A stretch of DNA of 20,000 bases, taken from the IMG/VR virus record IMGVR_UViG_3300029319_000022; one strand, written 5' to 3'. The translations under genes were made by a program, and so were the position numbers. Source of the DNA: an uncultured virus (IMG/VR IMGVR_UViG_3300029319_000022). Its lineage: Duplodnaviria; Heunggongvirae; Uroviricota; Caudoviricetes. Shown here piece after piece: positions 8,565-17,050 of the stretch (positions are counted from its first letter, which is position 1; each line of letters begins with the position of its first letter). The notes beneath the pieces were generated by a model, which did not search any database, was not told the DNA's origin, and was given only the letters and a program-made list of their open reading frames with translations.

Positions 8565-9576
8565 GACACCTTTATCTGCCAGCAGAATTAAAACGGCTGA
8601 ATCGTGCTCTTGGCTTTACTGGTGCAAATATAAATTAAATTTACCAGATAAAAGTAATGATGGCGCAAAAAGAGGGTCTATTTGCCATTTAATATTTGAG
8701 GTTTTAGGATTACCTAAAAGAAAAAAATATTTTAATAAAATTATAAAAACGCAAGATGTTTTTTCTGTCCCATCAATAAAAAAACTAATACTAAAACATG
8801 CCGTTAGAGAGGGTGTTTCTGACGAGGAAAACGTGCAGTTAATGAAGGAGATGATATTTAATGGCTTAACTTATGATTTTTTTGGTAAAGATCTAGGTAA
8901 ACCTACTGAAGATTATTCTGAAAAAGATTTTTTAATCGTAGAAAATAATGGCGATATAAAATATAAAATAAGAGGCTTCATAGACAAACTGTTTTTATAT
9001 AAAAGAAAAAAATTTGCTATTATAAGAGACTTTAAAACAAGTAAATCAGTTTTTAAAGGTAAAGATTATACTGATAATCTCCAAGATCTAATGTACAGTT
9101 TGGCTGTAAAAAAAATGTTTCCTGAGTACTCTACAAGAGTTAGTGAATTTTTGTTTTTAAAGTTCGATTTAGATGAAAATTCTAATAATTCTGGTCTTGT
9201 AAAAATGAAACCATTAGATAATGATGAATTACATGGATTTGAGCTACAACTATCTGAAATACAGAGATATTTAGATAATTTTACCATAAAAGATGCCAAA
9301 AGCAATTATGCAGCCTATAAAGGTTTTCCAAGTGATGGTTCATTTAGCGGCAAACTTTTATGTGGCTTTGCTACAAAAAAAGGTGAATTAAAAATTGATG
9401 GCGATCCAAAATGGCATTGCCCTATGAAGTTTGATTTTTTCTATTACAAAGTGTTTGATGAAAAAGGCGATCTACATTCATCTGTTTTTGAAGAAGATTT
9501 TGATGAAAAATCATTACCTGAAAATTTTACATATGAAATAAAATATTATGAGGGTTGTCCTGCTCATTTAACTTGA
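8551..9576 (+). CDS. PD-(D/E)XK exonuclease, Cas4/RecB/AddB-like
   Basis: 'LSASRI...C', 'GSICH..FE', 'RGFIDKL', 'IRDFKTSK', 'LQ..MY'; several Cys near both termini. Confidence 0.85.
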   Translation: MNIPETPLSASRIKTAESCSWLYWCKYKLNLPDKSNDGAKRGSICHLIFEVLGLPKRKKYFNKIIKTQDVFSVPSIKKLILKHAVREGVSDEENVQLMKEMIFNGLTYDFFGKDLGKPTEDYSEKDFLIVENNGDIKYKIRGFIDKLFLYKRKKFAIIRDFKTSKSVFKGKDYTDNLQDLMYSLAVKKMFPEYSTRVSEFLFLKFDLDENSNNSGLVKMKPLDNDELHGFELQLSEIQRYLDNFTIKDAKSNYAAYKGFPSDGSFSGKLLCGFATKKGELKIDGDPKWHCPMKFDFFYYKVFDEKGDLHSSVFEEDFDEKSLPENFTYEIKYYEGCPAHLT

Positions 9577-9600
9577 CAGTTGATGATGTGGTCATATATT
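9573..9600 (+). promoter_or_regulatory. Sigma70-type promoter, probably producing a leaderless mRNA
   Basis: Perfect TTGACA (9573-9578), 16-nt spacer, TATATT (9595-9600); ATG at 9607. Sits in the only sizeable gap in the replication block. Confidence 0.6.
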
Positions 9601-9606
9601 TTTTAC

Positions 9607-10326
9607 ATGACCCCAATTTTTAAGTCAGATTATTCAATAGGTAAAAGTATTCTTACTATAGAAAACATAGTAAAGCTTTACAAAAAAACTAATGAAAAGT
9701 TTTTGGTCTTAGTTGAGGACTCTATGACTGGTTTTGTGAAAGCTCATAACTTGACAAAACAAAATGACATACATCTAGTTTTTGGGTTGAGAGTGTCTTG
9801 TTGCAACGACGTATCAAAAGAAAATGATAATTCAGATCATAAAGTTATAATTTTAGCAAAAAACGATCAAGGCTGTAAGTTGTTAAATAAAATATACTCT
9901 TTTGCTCATATAGGTAACAAAGGTCAAGTTGATTTTAATTATTTAAACACAATATGGGATAATGATAGTTTGGAGTTAGTAATCCCTTTTTACGATTCTT
10001 TTATATATCAAAATCAATTGTACTTAAAAAATTGCATACCTAATTTTAATAAAATTAAACCTATTTTTTGGATAGAGAAAAACAACTTGCCATTTGACGA
10101 TATTATATCTCAAGCTGTTTTTGAGTATTGCAAGGATAAATATGATTCAGAGTTGGTAAAAAGCGTTTTGTATGAAAAAAAAGATGATGCAGAGGCTTTA
10201 CAGACATATAAAATTATATGTGGCAGGAAATTTGGTAGACCCTCCACATTAAGTTGTCCAAATTTAAATCATTTTGGCAGTAATGAGTTTTGCTTTGAAA
10301 GTTTTGAGGAGTACGTAAATGGATGA
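9607..10326 (+). CDS. Stand-alone degenerate PHP domain (N-terminal part of DNA polymerase III alpha)
   Basis: 'FKSDYSIGKSILTIENIV', 'LVEDSMTGF', 'LVFGLRV', 'HKVIILAKNDQG..LLNKI.S.A', 'EFCFESFEE' align with the DnaE PHP domain but lack the metal-binding His residues. ATG 9607 is preferred to the listed TTG 9580, which lies inside the promoter. Confidence 0.8.
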   Translation: MTPIFKSDYSIGKSILTIENIVKLYKKTNEKFLVLVEDSMTGFVKAHNLTKQNDIHLVFGLRVSCCNDVSKENDNSDHKVIILAKNDQGCKLLNKIYSFAHIGNKGQVDFNYLNTIWDNDSLELVIPFYDSFIYQNQLYLKNCIPNFNKIKPIFWIEKNNLPFDDIISQAVFEYCKDKYDSELVKSVLYEKKDDAEALQTYKIICGRKFGRPSTLSCPNLNHFGSNEFCFESFEEYVNG

Positions 10327-10951
10327 TACATTACTAAGATTTAATAAAAATCAAAAATACATTGTTTTTGATACTGAAACGGAGGGTTTGAATTTAATTA
10401 CATCAAGACCTTGGCAAATTGCTTGGCTTGTGGTAAAAGGTGATGAAATTCAAGAGAGGCATGATAAATTTATACATTGGCCTAATATAAATGTATCTGA
10501 AGGTGCAGCTAAAGTTACAGGTTTTTCAGAAAAAAAATACTATTCTAAGTCCTTAGCGCCAAATCAAGTATGGGATGAATTTTCTAAGTATTTGTATGAT
10601 GAAGATACTTTGATAGTCGGTCAAAACTTACTTGGATTTGATGTATATATGATTGATGTCTGGCGTAGAGCGATGGGTAGAAAATTAGATCAGAGTTATA
10701 TAAAAAGAATCATAGATACTAAAGCTTTAGCAACCGCCATAGCTAAAAACATACCATATAATAATGATAAATTTATTAATTGGCAATATAGGCTTCTAAA
10801 TTATAAGGAGAGAGGTTTAAAAACATCACAGGGTTTCTTGTTAAAGCATTATAACATAAAACACGACCCTAAAAAACTTCATGACGCACTCTATGACATA
10901 GAGATGAATTTTAAAATATTTAAAAAACAACTTTTTGATTTAGAGATATGA
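10319..10951 (+). CDS. dnaQ: DEDDh 3'-5' exonuclease (Pol III epsilon-like)
   Basis: ExoI 'VFDTETEG', ExoII 'GQNLLGFD', ExoIII 'HDALYD' all intact. Confidence 0.88.
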   Translation: MDDTLLRFNKNQKYIVFDTETEGLNLITSRPWQIAWLVVKGDEIQERHDKFIHWPNINVSEGAAKVTGFSEKKYYSKSLAPNQVWDEFSKYLYDEDTLIVGQNLLGFDVYMIDVWRRAMGRKLDQSYIKRIIDTKALATAIAKNIPYNNDKFINWQYRLLNYKERGLKTSQGFLLKHYNIKHDPKKLHDALYDIEMNFKIFKKQLFDLEI

Positions 10952-13518
10952 AACTTTCAAGTTACAAGCCATATAAAACACCTTTTCCAGTTGGCGTAAA
11001 ACTGCCAGAGATTAAGATAGAAAAAAAATATTATGACGAGGTTTCTTGCAAAGACCTGGAAGGTAACTATCAGTTCCTAAGAAAGCTTTGCTTCAATAGA
11101 TTAAAACAAAAAGGCATACATGAATTAGAAAATGCTCAAGTTTACTATGATAGATTAAAAGAAGAATTACAAATTTTTGAAGATCTTGGATTTATTGACT
11201 ATGTTCTTTTAAACTGGGACATAATAAATTTTTGTGTACAGAATGACATCCCTGTTGGTGCAGGTAGAGGCAGCGCCGCTGGATCTTTGGTTCTATATGT
11301 TATTGGCGTAACGGACATAGATCCTATAGAGCATGATTTATTTTTTGAGAGATTTGTATCTAAAAGCAGAGCTAAAAAAATAGAACATAATGGTGAAATA
11401 TATTTAGATGGCAGCTTATTAGCTGATGTTGACAATGATATTTCCTATGATCGTAGATCTGAGGTCATTGAATACATTGAAAAAAAATTTAAAGGTAGGA
11501 CTTCTAAAATTTTAACATTAAATACTCTAAGCAGTAAGCTTTGCATGAAAGAGTGTTGTAAAATAGTTGAAGAGCTTTCAGAAGCTGATGTCAATATAAT
11601 TAGTGAAAGCATACCTAAAACTTTTGGTAAAGTTGCAAGTTTAAACAATGCTTGCAATGAGAGTGAAACTTTTAAAAAACATGCAGATAATCATGCAAAA
11701 GCTTTTGCTATAGCAAAAAAATTAGAAGGTTTAAATAAAAACACAGGGGTACACCCTTCAGGCATATCAATATCATTTTTTGATTTAGAAGATATTATGC
11801 CCTTACAGCTAACTAATGACGATTCACTAATATCAGCTTATGATATGAATGATGTCGCTAGTTTAACAGTCAAGTTTGACATTTTAGGTTTAAGAACTTT
11901 ATCTGTTGTAAACGATGTCTGCAAACAGCTTAAAATAAATGTAAAAGACATAGATCCTCACGATCCATCAATATATGCAGCTTTATCTTGTTTACGATCT
12001 CCTCAAGGATTATTTCAAATTGAAGCCGACACAAACTATAAAGTCTGTCGCACAATATGCCCCAAAAGTTTAGAGGAATTATCTGCTGTTGTGGCTATAG
12101 CAAGACCTGGAGCTTTAGAGTTTTTGGACTATTATGCAGCATACGCTAGAACAGGCGATTTTTCATCTGTTCATGAGTTTTTTGACGATATTTTAAGCTA
12201 TACAGGCGGTATACCTCTTTACCAAGAGCAGCTCATGAAAATGGCTGTTAAAGTTGGCTTTAGTTTAGATGAGTCAGAACAATTAAGAAGAATAATTGGT
12301 AAGAAAAAAACCGAGCAAATGCCAGCTTGGAAAGCTAAAATAACACAAAAAATAAAAGATAATAATTTAGATGCTAAAATCGGTGAAGTTTTGTGGAAAG
12401 TAGCTGAAGATTCAGCTAATTACTCTTTTAATAAGTCGCATTCCATAAGTTATGCCTATCTAGCTGCAATAACAGTTTATTTAAAGTTTAATTATCCTAA
12501 AGAGTTCTTTTTAAGTCTTTTAAAATATGCAAAATATGAGCCAAACTCTCATGAGGAGATAGCAAAAATCACCCAAGAGCTTTCATCATTTAATATTAAA
12601 CTTTTACCACCTGATTTGAACAAATCGGACATAGATTTTAAAATAGAAGGCTCAAACATAAGATATGGCTTAAATTCTATTAAAGGAGTTTCAGATAAAG
12701 TTTTACAGTCATTATTAAATTTTAGAGAGGAAAGTTTTTCTAATAAATATGACATTTTTGTTTCTGCTAAACAGGCAGGAATGAACATAGGTATTTTATC
12801 AGCTTTAATTCAAGCGGGATTATTAGATTCTTTTGTCTCTTCAAACAGATGCCGTTTAGTTCTTGAGGCTCAAACCTTTAATATATTAACTGATAGAGAA
12901 AAGCGTAATTTTATTGAGCTTGGCACAAAATATGACTTTGATATTTTAAATGCAGTCCATGATCAATATTCTAGCAAGTCTGTCGGTGATGACGGCAGAT
13001 TAATGATGACTGAAAAAAGGTTTCAAACTTTTAAGAAAAAGTATGGTCCATACAAAGATATTTATGAAATGAATAAAAAGTATCTTAGGTACGCTAATTG
13101 GTTTTTTGAAAACAAATTGCTTGGGTACAGCTACTCGCATAAATTAAAAGATATTTTTGACTTATCTCAAGACTTTGTATCCGCTGAAGAAATCAAAATA
13201 GAATCTAATGAAGAGTCTCCTGCTTTTAGAGATTTAAAATTTATAGGTGTTGTAACAGATTCTGTAAAAAGAACTAGCAGAAATGGTAACAAGTATGTTA
13301 GATTAGATTTGCAAGATGAAAGTGCGCTAATAAGCGGTTTATTCATGGATTCTGATAGAGAACAAAAATTAACAAATTATCTAAATTCTGGTAATAAAAT
13401 ACCTAAAAAAGAAGACATTGTTGTAATTCATGGTAGATTAGGTGAGGATATAATTTTTATAGAAAAAATGCATTCTTTAAAAGATAAAATCTACATGAAA
13501 CTATCTGAGATAAAATAG
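10948..13518 (+). CDS. dnaE: DNA polymerase III alpha catalytic core (family C), lacking the PHP domain
   Basis: 'GRGSAAGSLV', 'FERF', catalytic 'DVDND', 'GVHPSG', 'KFDILGL', 'LYQEQLM', 'YSFNKSHS..Y', HhH 'GLNSIKGV', C-terminal OB-fold. Begins at the post-PHP region. Confidence 0.95.
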   Translation: MKLSSYKPYKTPFPVGVKLPEIKIEKKYYDEVSCKDLEGNYQFLRKLCFNRLKQKGIHELENAQVYYDRLKEELQIFEDLGFIDYVLLNWDIINFCVQNDIPVGAGRGSAAGSLVLYVIGVTDIDPIEHDLFFERFVSKSRAKKIEHNGEIYLDGSLLADVDNDISYDRRSEVIEYIEKKFKGRTSKILTLNTLSSKLCMKECCKIVEELSEADVNIISESIPKTFGKVASLNNACNESETFKKHADNHAKAFAIAKKLEGLNKNTGVHPSGISISFFDLEDIMPLQLTNDDSLISAYDMNDVASLTVKFDILGLRTLSVVNDVCKQLKINVKDIDPHDPSIYAALSCLRSPQGLFQIEADTNYKVCRTICPKSLEELSAVVAIARPGALEFLDYYAAYARTGDFSSVHEFFDDILSYTGGIPLYQEQLMKMAVKVGFSLDESEQLRRIIGKKKTEQMPAWKAKITQKIKDNNLDAKIGEVLWKVAEDSANYSFNKSHSISYAYLAAITVYLKFNYPKEFFLSLLKYAKYEPNSHEEIAKITQELSSFNIKLLPPDLNKSDIDFKIEGSNIRYGLNSIKGVSDKVLQSLLNFREESFSNKYDIFVSAKQAGMNIGILSALIQAGLLDSFVSSNRCRLVLEAQTFNILTDREKRNFIELGTKYDFDILNAVHDQYSSKSVGDDGRLMMTEKRFQTFKKKYGPYKDIYEMNKKYLRYANWFFENKLLGYSYSHKLKDIFDLSQDFVSAEEIKIESNEESPAFRDLKFIGVVTDSVKRTSRNGNKYVRLDLQDESALISGLFMDSDREQKLTNYLNSGNKIPKKEDIVVIHGRLGEDIIFIEKMHSLKDKIYMKLSEIK

Positions 13519-13528
13519 TGTAAATATT
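13517..13528 (+). promoter_or_regulatory. Repeated intergenic motif AGTGTAAATATT, copy 1 (candidate phage late promoter)
   Basis: Identical 12-mer also at 17031-17042. Both copies lie directly upstream of a start codon and resemble the T4 late promoter TATAAATA. Confidence 0.55.
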
Positions 13529-13529
13529 T

Positions 13530-15971
13530 ATGATGGGTTTAACAGATTTCAATTTAACTCCAAAAGCAAAAAAATGCATAAAAGATGCAAAAGCTTTTGC
13601 ACAATCTAATAATCATAAGTTAATCAACATAAGTCATTTAATTTATGGATGTTTAGTAAATTTATCTGATAGTTGTGTGGTAAAGCTTAAAAGTTTTGGG
13701 TTTGATCCAGATATAAAAGAATTTTTAAAATTATTTAAAGAGTTTTGCAAAGAAAGAAAAGATTTGTATGACACTGATGAAGAAGGTTGGCACGAAGAAG
13801 TTAATGAAGTAATCTTTTTTGCTAAAGATTTTTCAGATAACTTTGACAGCTATTTTATTGGAGTAGAGCACATACTGTACGTTATTTTTGACATAGACGG
13901 TGATTTTGTAAAATTCTTAAAACAAAAAAATGTTGAGGTTCAATACGCTAAAGAAATCATAGAAGCTCATGTTGTAGAGACATCAATACCATCTACAGAT
14001 CAGGTTAAAAATATTTTTCATATAGAAGGCAAAAAAGTTTTTTCTTTTGAAAAAGTTGACGCTAAAAAAACTTTAAAAAGCATACAAATATTAGAGAAGT
14101 ATTGTGTTAATTTAAATCATAAATTTATAACAGAAAATTCATCAACAATTTCTTGTAGAGACTCAGAAATTAATGAGTTAATTGAGATTTTACTTAAAAA
14201 AAATAAATGTAATGCGATTCTCATTGGTGATGCTGGCGTTGGTAAAACTGCGATAGTAGAGGGTTTAGCGCAAAAGATTGTAAATCAAGAAGTGCCCTGT
14301 CATTTAGCATTGATGCAAATATACTCAGTTGATATAACTTCAATGTTAGCTGGTACAAAGTATCGTGGAGAGTTCGAGGAGAGATTCAAGCAATTGATAA
14401 ATGAAGTTTCTAAAGATGACAATATTATACTTTTTATAGATGAGATACATACTATTATTGGAGCTGGCAGTTCTGAAGGGGGAGTTGATGCCTCAAACAT
14501 GTTAAAACCAGCTTTAGCTCGCGGTAATATAAAATGCATAGGCGCTACAACCCTTCAAGAATACAAAAAATTCTTTGAAAAAGACTCTGCGATTACCCGA
14601 AGATTCGATAAAATTTTAGTTAATCAGCCTAGCAAATCAGATACTAAAAAAATTATAATCAATACCTTAGAATACTATGAAAATTTTCATCATGTTAAGT
14701 ATGAAGAAAAAGAAATAGATTTGATTTTAGATTTGTGTGAAACATTTTTAAGTAATAAAAATTTTCCAGATAAAGCTTTTGATGTAATTGATCAAGTTGG
14801 AGCTAAAACTAAGATAAAATATTTTAAAAACTCAGATAAAGTTATTGATGCCCGCGAGACTTTTACTGGCTTAATAAAAAATTTAGATGATAATTCAGAG
14901 TTTGATGAGGCTAAATTTACTGAAATCATAAAAGATTATATAACTACAATGTCTACATTTATGACCTCTAAGGGTAAGGGTAGAAAAAGAAAAATTAAAG
15001 AAAATGACATAATAGACGTAGTTAGTGAAAAAAGCGGCATATCAAAAAAAGCAATCATGCAAAAAAAGAATATTTTCTCTAAGTTTATGGAAAATATTAA
15101 ATCTGAAGTTTTTGGGCAAGATGAGGCATTAGAGAGAATATATAGCAATCTATCATGTGCTAAAACAGGTCTATCAGATAAAAATAAACCGCTATCAAGT
15201 TTTCTGTTTGTAGGTTCTACTGGAGTGGGTAAAACATTCACAGCTAAGAATATAGCTAAATACTTTTTTGGTAGCGAGAAATCTTACATACAGCTTAATA
15301 TGAGTGAGTATCAAGACAAAACTAGTATAAATAAATTAATTGGTGCAAGCGCTGGATACGTTGGTTATGAGGATGGCGGTATATTGTCTGAGCATGTAAG
15401 AAATAACCCTAATTGCGTGGTTGTATTTGATGAAATAGAAAAATGTGAGCCAAAAATATTGGACATTTTACTACATTTATTAGATGAGGGTTACATAACA
15501 GATAACTTAAATAGAAAAATTGATTTTAGTAATACAATAGTTGTTATGACATCAAACATAGGTCAGCAGCAAAAACATAAAAGAAGCATGGGGTTTTTAG
15601 ATGACTCTGACAGCCCTAAAAAATTAGAAAATGCTGCCGTAAAAAAATATTTAAGACCTGAGCTAATCTCAAGAATAGATGAGATATTAAGTTTTAATGA
15701 TTTACAAGATTCTGTTTATCTAAGTATTATTACAAAAGAAATTAAAAAGCTCAAAGAAAGATTAGAGCTAAAAGGTGTCCACTTAAAAATAACGCCTCAT
15801 GTTAAAAAATTTATTTTTAATGAAATAAAAAACAAAAAAATTCATGCAAGAGATATAAAAAACTTTGTAAAGAAATTTATTCAATTCCCTGTTTCTAAGT
15901 ATATCATTGAGCATAAAGATGTTGATACAGTTGGAGTTAAGATAAAAAATAAAAACATATGTTGTTTATAA
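13530..15971 (+). CDS. ClpC/ClpA-type Hsp100 AAA+ unfoldase
   Basis: Clp N-domain repeats ('HLIYG', 'FIGVEHIL'); NBD1 'GDAGVGKT', '[11 protein letters not shown]', 'FIDEIH'; 'PDKAFDVID'; NBD2 'GSTGVGKT', 'GYVGY', 'FDEIEK'; 'MGF' loop. Start may be the second ATG at 13533. Confidence 0.93.
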   Translation: MMGLTDFNLTPKAKKCIKDAKAFAQSNNHKLINISHLIYGCLVNLSDSCVVKLKSFGFDPDIKEFLKLFKEFCKERKDLYDTDEEGWHEEVNEVIFFAKDFSDNFDSYFIGVEHILYVIFDIDGDFVKFLKQKNVEVQYAKEIIEAHVVETSIPSTDQVKNIFHIEGKKVFSFEKVDAKKTLKSIQILEKYCVNLNHKFITENSSTISCRDSEINELIEILLKKNKCNAILIGDAGVGKTAIVEGLAQKIVNQEVPCHLALMQIYSVDITSMLAGTKYRGEFEERFKQLINEVSKDDNIILFIDEIHTIIGAGSSEGGVDASNMLKPALARGNIKCIGATTLQEYKKFFEKDSAITRRFDKILVNQPSKSDTKKIIINTLEYYENFHHVKYEEKEIDLILDLCETFLSNKNFPDKAFDVIDQVGAKTKIKYFKNSDKVIDARETFTGLIKNLDDNSEFDEAKFTEIIKDYITTMSTFMTSKGKGRKRKIKENDIIDVVSEKSGISKKAIMQKKNIFSKFMENIKSEVFGQDEALERIYSNLSCAKTGLSDKNKPLSSFLFVGSTGVGKTFTAKNIAKYFFGSEKSYIQLNMSEYQDKTSINKLIGASAGYVGYEDGGILSEHVRNNPNCVVVFDEIEKCEPKILDILLHLLDEGYITDNLNRKIDFSNTIVVMTSNIGQQQKHKRSMGFLDDSDSPKKLENAAVKKYLRPELISRIDEILSFNDLQDSVYLSIITKEIKKLKERLELKGVHLKITPHVKKFIFNEIKNKKIHARDIKNFVKKFIQFPVSKYIIEHKDVDTVGVKIKNKNICCL

Positions 15972-15972
15972 A

Positions 15973-17025
15973 ATGAGTTTACATTTATACAATGACAAAG
16001 CTTATGTATTAAATACGCCCAGCTTAAAAGATTCTACTAGGGAGTATATTCTCAGCATTTTAGATAAAATATATAATCAGTTGAGTGTTGAAAACATAAC
16101 ACTGATAGATAATGGCATTAACTATGACACTTATTCTTTGAAAGCGTCAGATGGCAAGCTTTATCTTTTAAAAGTATCACTTGACCCAGATAATGTTCAG
16201 TTATCTAGGGAGAGTTTTTTTTTAAAGCAGTTAAAAAATTTTGCGTCTGCTAAGTTCATATGTCTTAAAAAAGTAAAAGTAGGGGATGATATATTATGTT
16301 TATTGTGCCAATTTCCTGATTGTATTAATTTAAAAGATGCTGGTAGAGATTTTTTCTTAAAAAATGCAGATGTATTTTTTTGGACTCATAAAGCTGTAAT
16401 TGAAAAAATTAAACCAAAAAGATTAAAAAGCGGATATCTTAAAGAATTAACTGAACACCAAAATTTTTCTAAAAATTTTACAGATAGAACAAAAAATTTA
16501 ATAAAAGATTATACTGACTACGATAAGTTAGAAAAAATTTTACTTAGCTTGCTTGATGATATCAGCCACACAGCTCCAAAGGTAAGTGATCCCATCCCAT
16601 GTTTGTCAAACATTACTATTGATTCTATATTTTTAACTAACTCATTGTTTTTTTTCGATAAGTTAGAAGATTGTTGTAAATATCACCCATATATAGACTT
16701 ATGTGATATAATATTGAATTTAAGCTATAAAGATGACGCAAAGGAGCAAATGATGTCTATATATAAATCCATTCACAAAGATTTTAATCAGGGAGAGTTT
16801 GATAGTTTTTTCAAATTTTGCGTTAAAAAGAAACTATTGGAAAGTCTTAGTGATTATCTGAGAGAAGTATATGAATTAAGATGCCTTAGAATAAATAAAA
16901 TAACTGATATTATGTCTGTATTCTATTCTAATTTTAAAAACTTTAAAAAATTACCTATTTTTATTGATAATCAAGATTTTTTACTTAAAACAATAACAGA
17001 ACCAGTTTTAGGTGTAAAAGCATAA
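15973..17025 (+). CDS. Hypothetical protein with a degenerate aminoglycoside/choline phosphotransferase-like fold
   Basis: N-lobe-like 'GINYDTYSL....KLYLLKV...L.RE..FL' and a C-lobe-like stretch 'PCLSNITIDSIFL...FFFDKLED....HPYIDL' whose spacing matches HGDL..NIL...IDWE.....P..DL but without the catalytic residues. Confidence 0.5.
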   Translation: MSLHLYNDKAYVLNTPSLKDSTREYILSILDKIYNQLSVENITLIDNGINYDTYSLKASDGKLYLLKVSLDPDNVQLSRESFFLKQLKNFASAKFICLKKVKVGDDILCLLCQFPDCINLKDAGRDFFLKNADVFFWTHKAVIEKIKPKRLKSGYLKELTEHQNFSKNFTDRTKNLIKDYTDYDKLEKILLSLLDDISHTAPKVSDPIPCLSNITIDSIFLTNSLFFFDKLEDCCKYHPYIDLCDIILNLSYKDDAKEQMMSIYKSIHKDFNQGEFDSFFKFCVKKKLLESLSDYLREVYELRCLRINKITDIMSVFYSNFKNFKKLPIFIDNQDFLLKTITEPVLGVKA

Positions 17026-17030
17026 TATCA

Positions 17031-17042
17031 AGTGTAAATATT
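17031..17042 (+). promoter_or_regulatory. Repeated intergenic motif AGTGTAAATATT, copy 2 (candidate phage late promoter)
   Basis: Identical to 13517-13528; 8 nt upstream of the ATG at 17051. Confidence 0.55.
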
Positions 17043-17050
17043 AGTGCAAA

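Noticed and set aside
9580..9606. TTG start at 9580 for the PHP gene
   Set aside because: The extension overlaps the promoter spacer and -10 box; PHP similarity begins at ATG 9607.
10921..10951. 'KQLFDL' at the exonuclease C-terminus as a beta-clamp binding motif
   Set aside because: Only a loose match to QL[S/D]LF; too weak without conservation data.
9607..13518. Split intein, intron or pseudogenisation as the cause of the fragmented polymerase
   Set aside because: No intein-like termini or homing endonuclease; an intact exonuclease gene fills the gap with normal overlaps and all core catalytic motifs are intact.
1204..15241. Other short minus-strand ORFs and the nested + ORF 8149-8331
   Set aside because: All overlap well-supported + strand genes and show no recognisable motifs.
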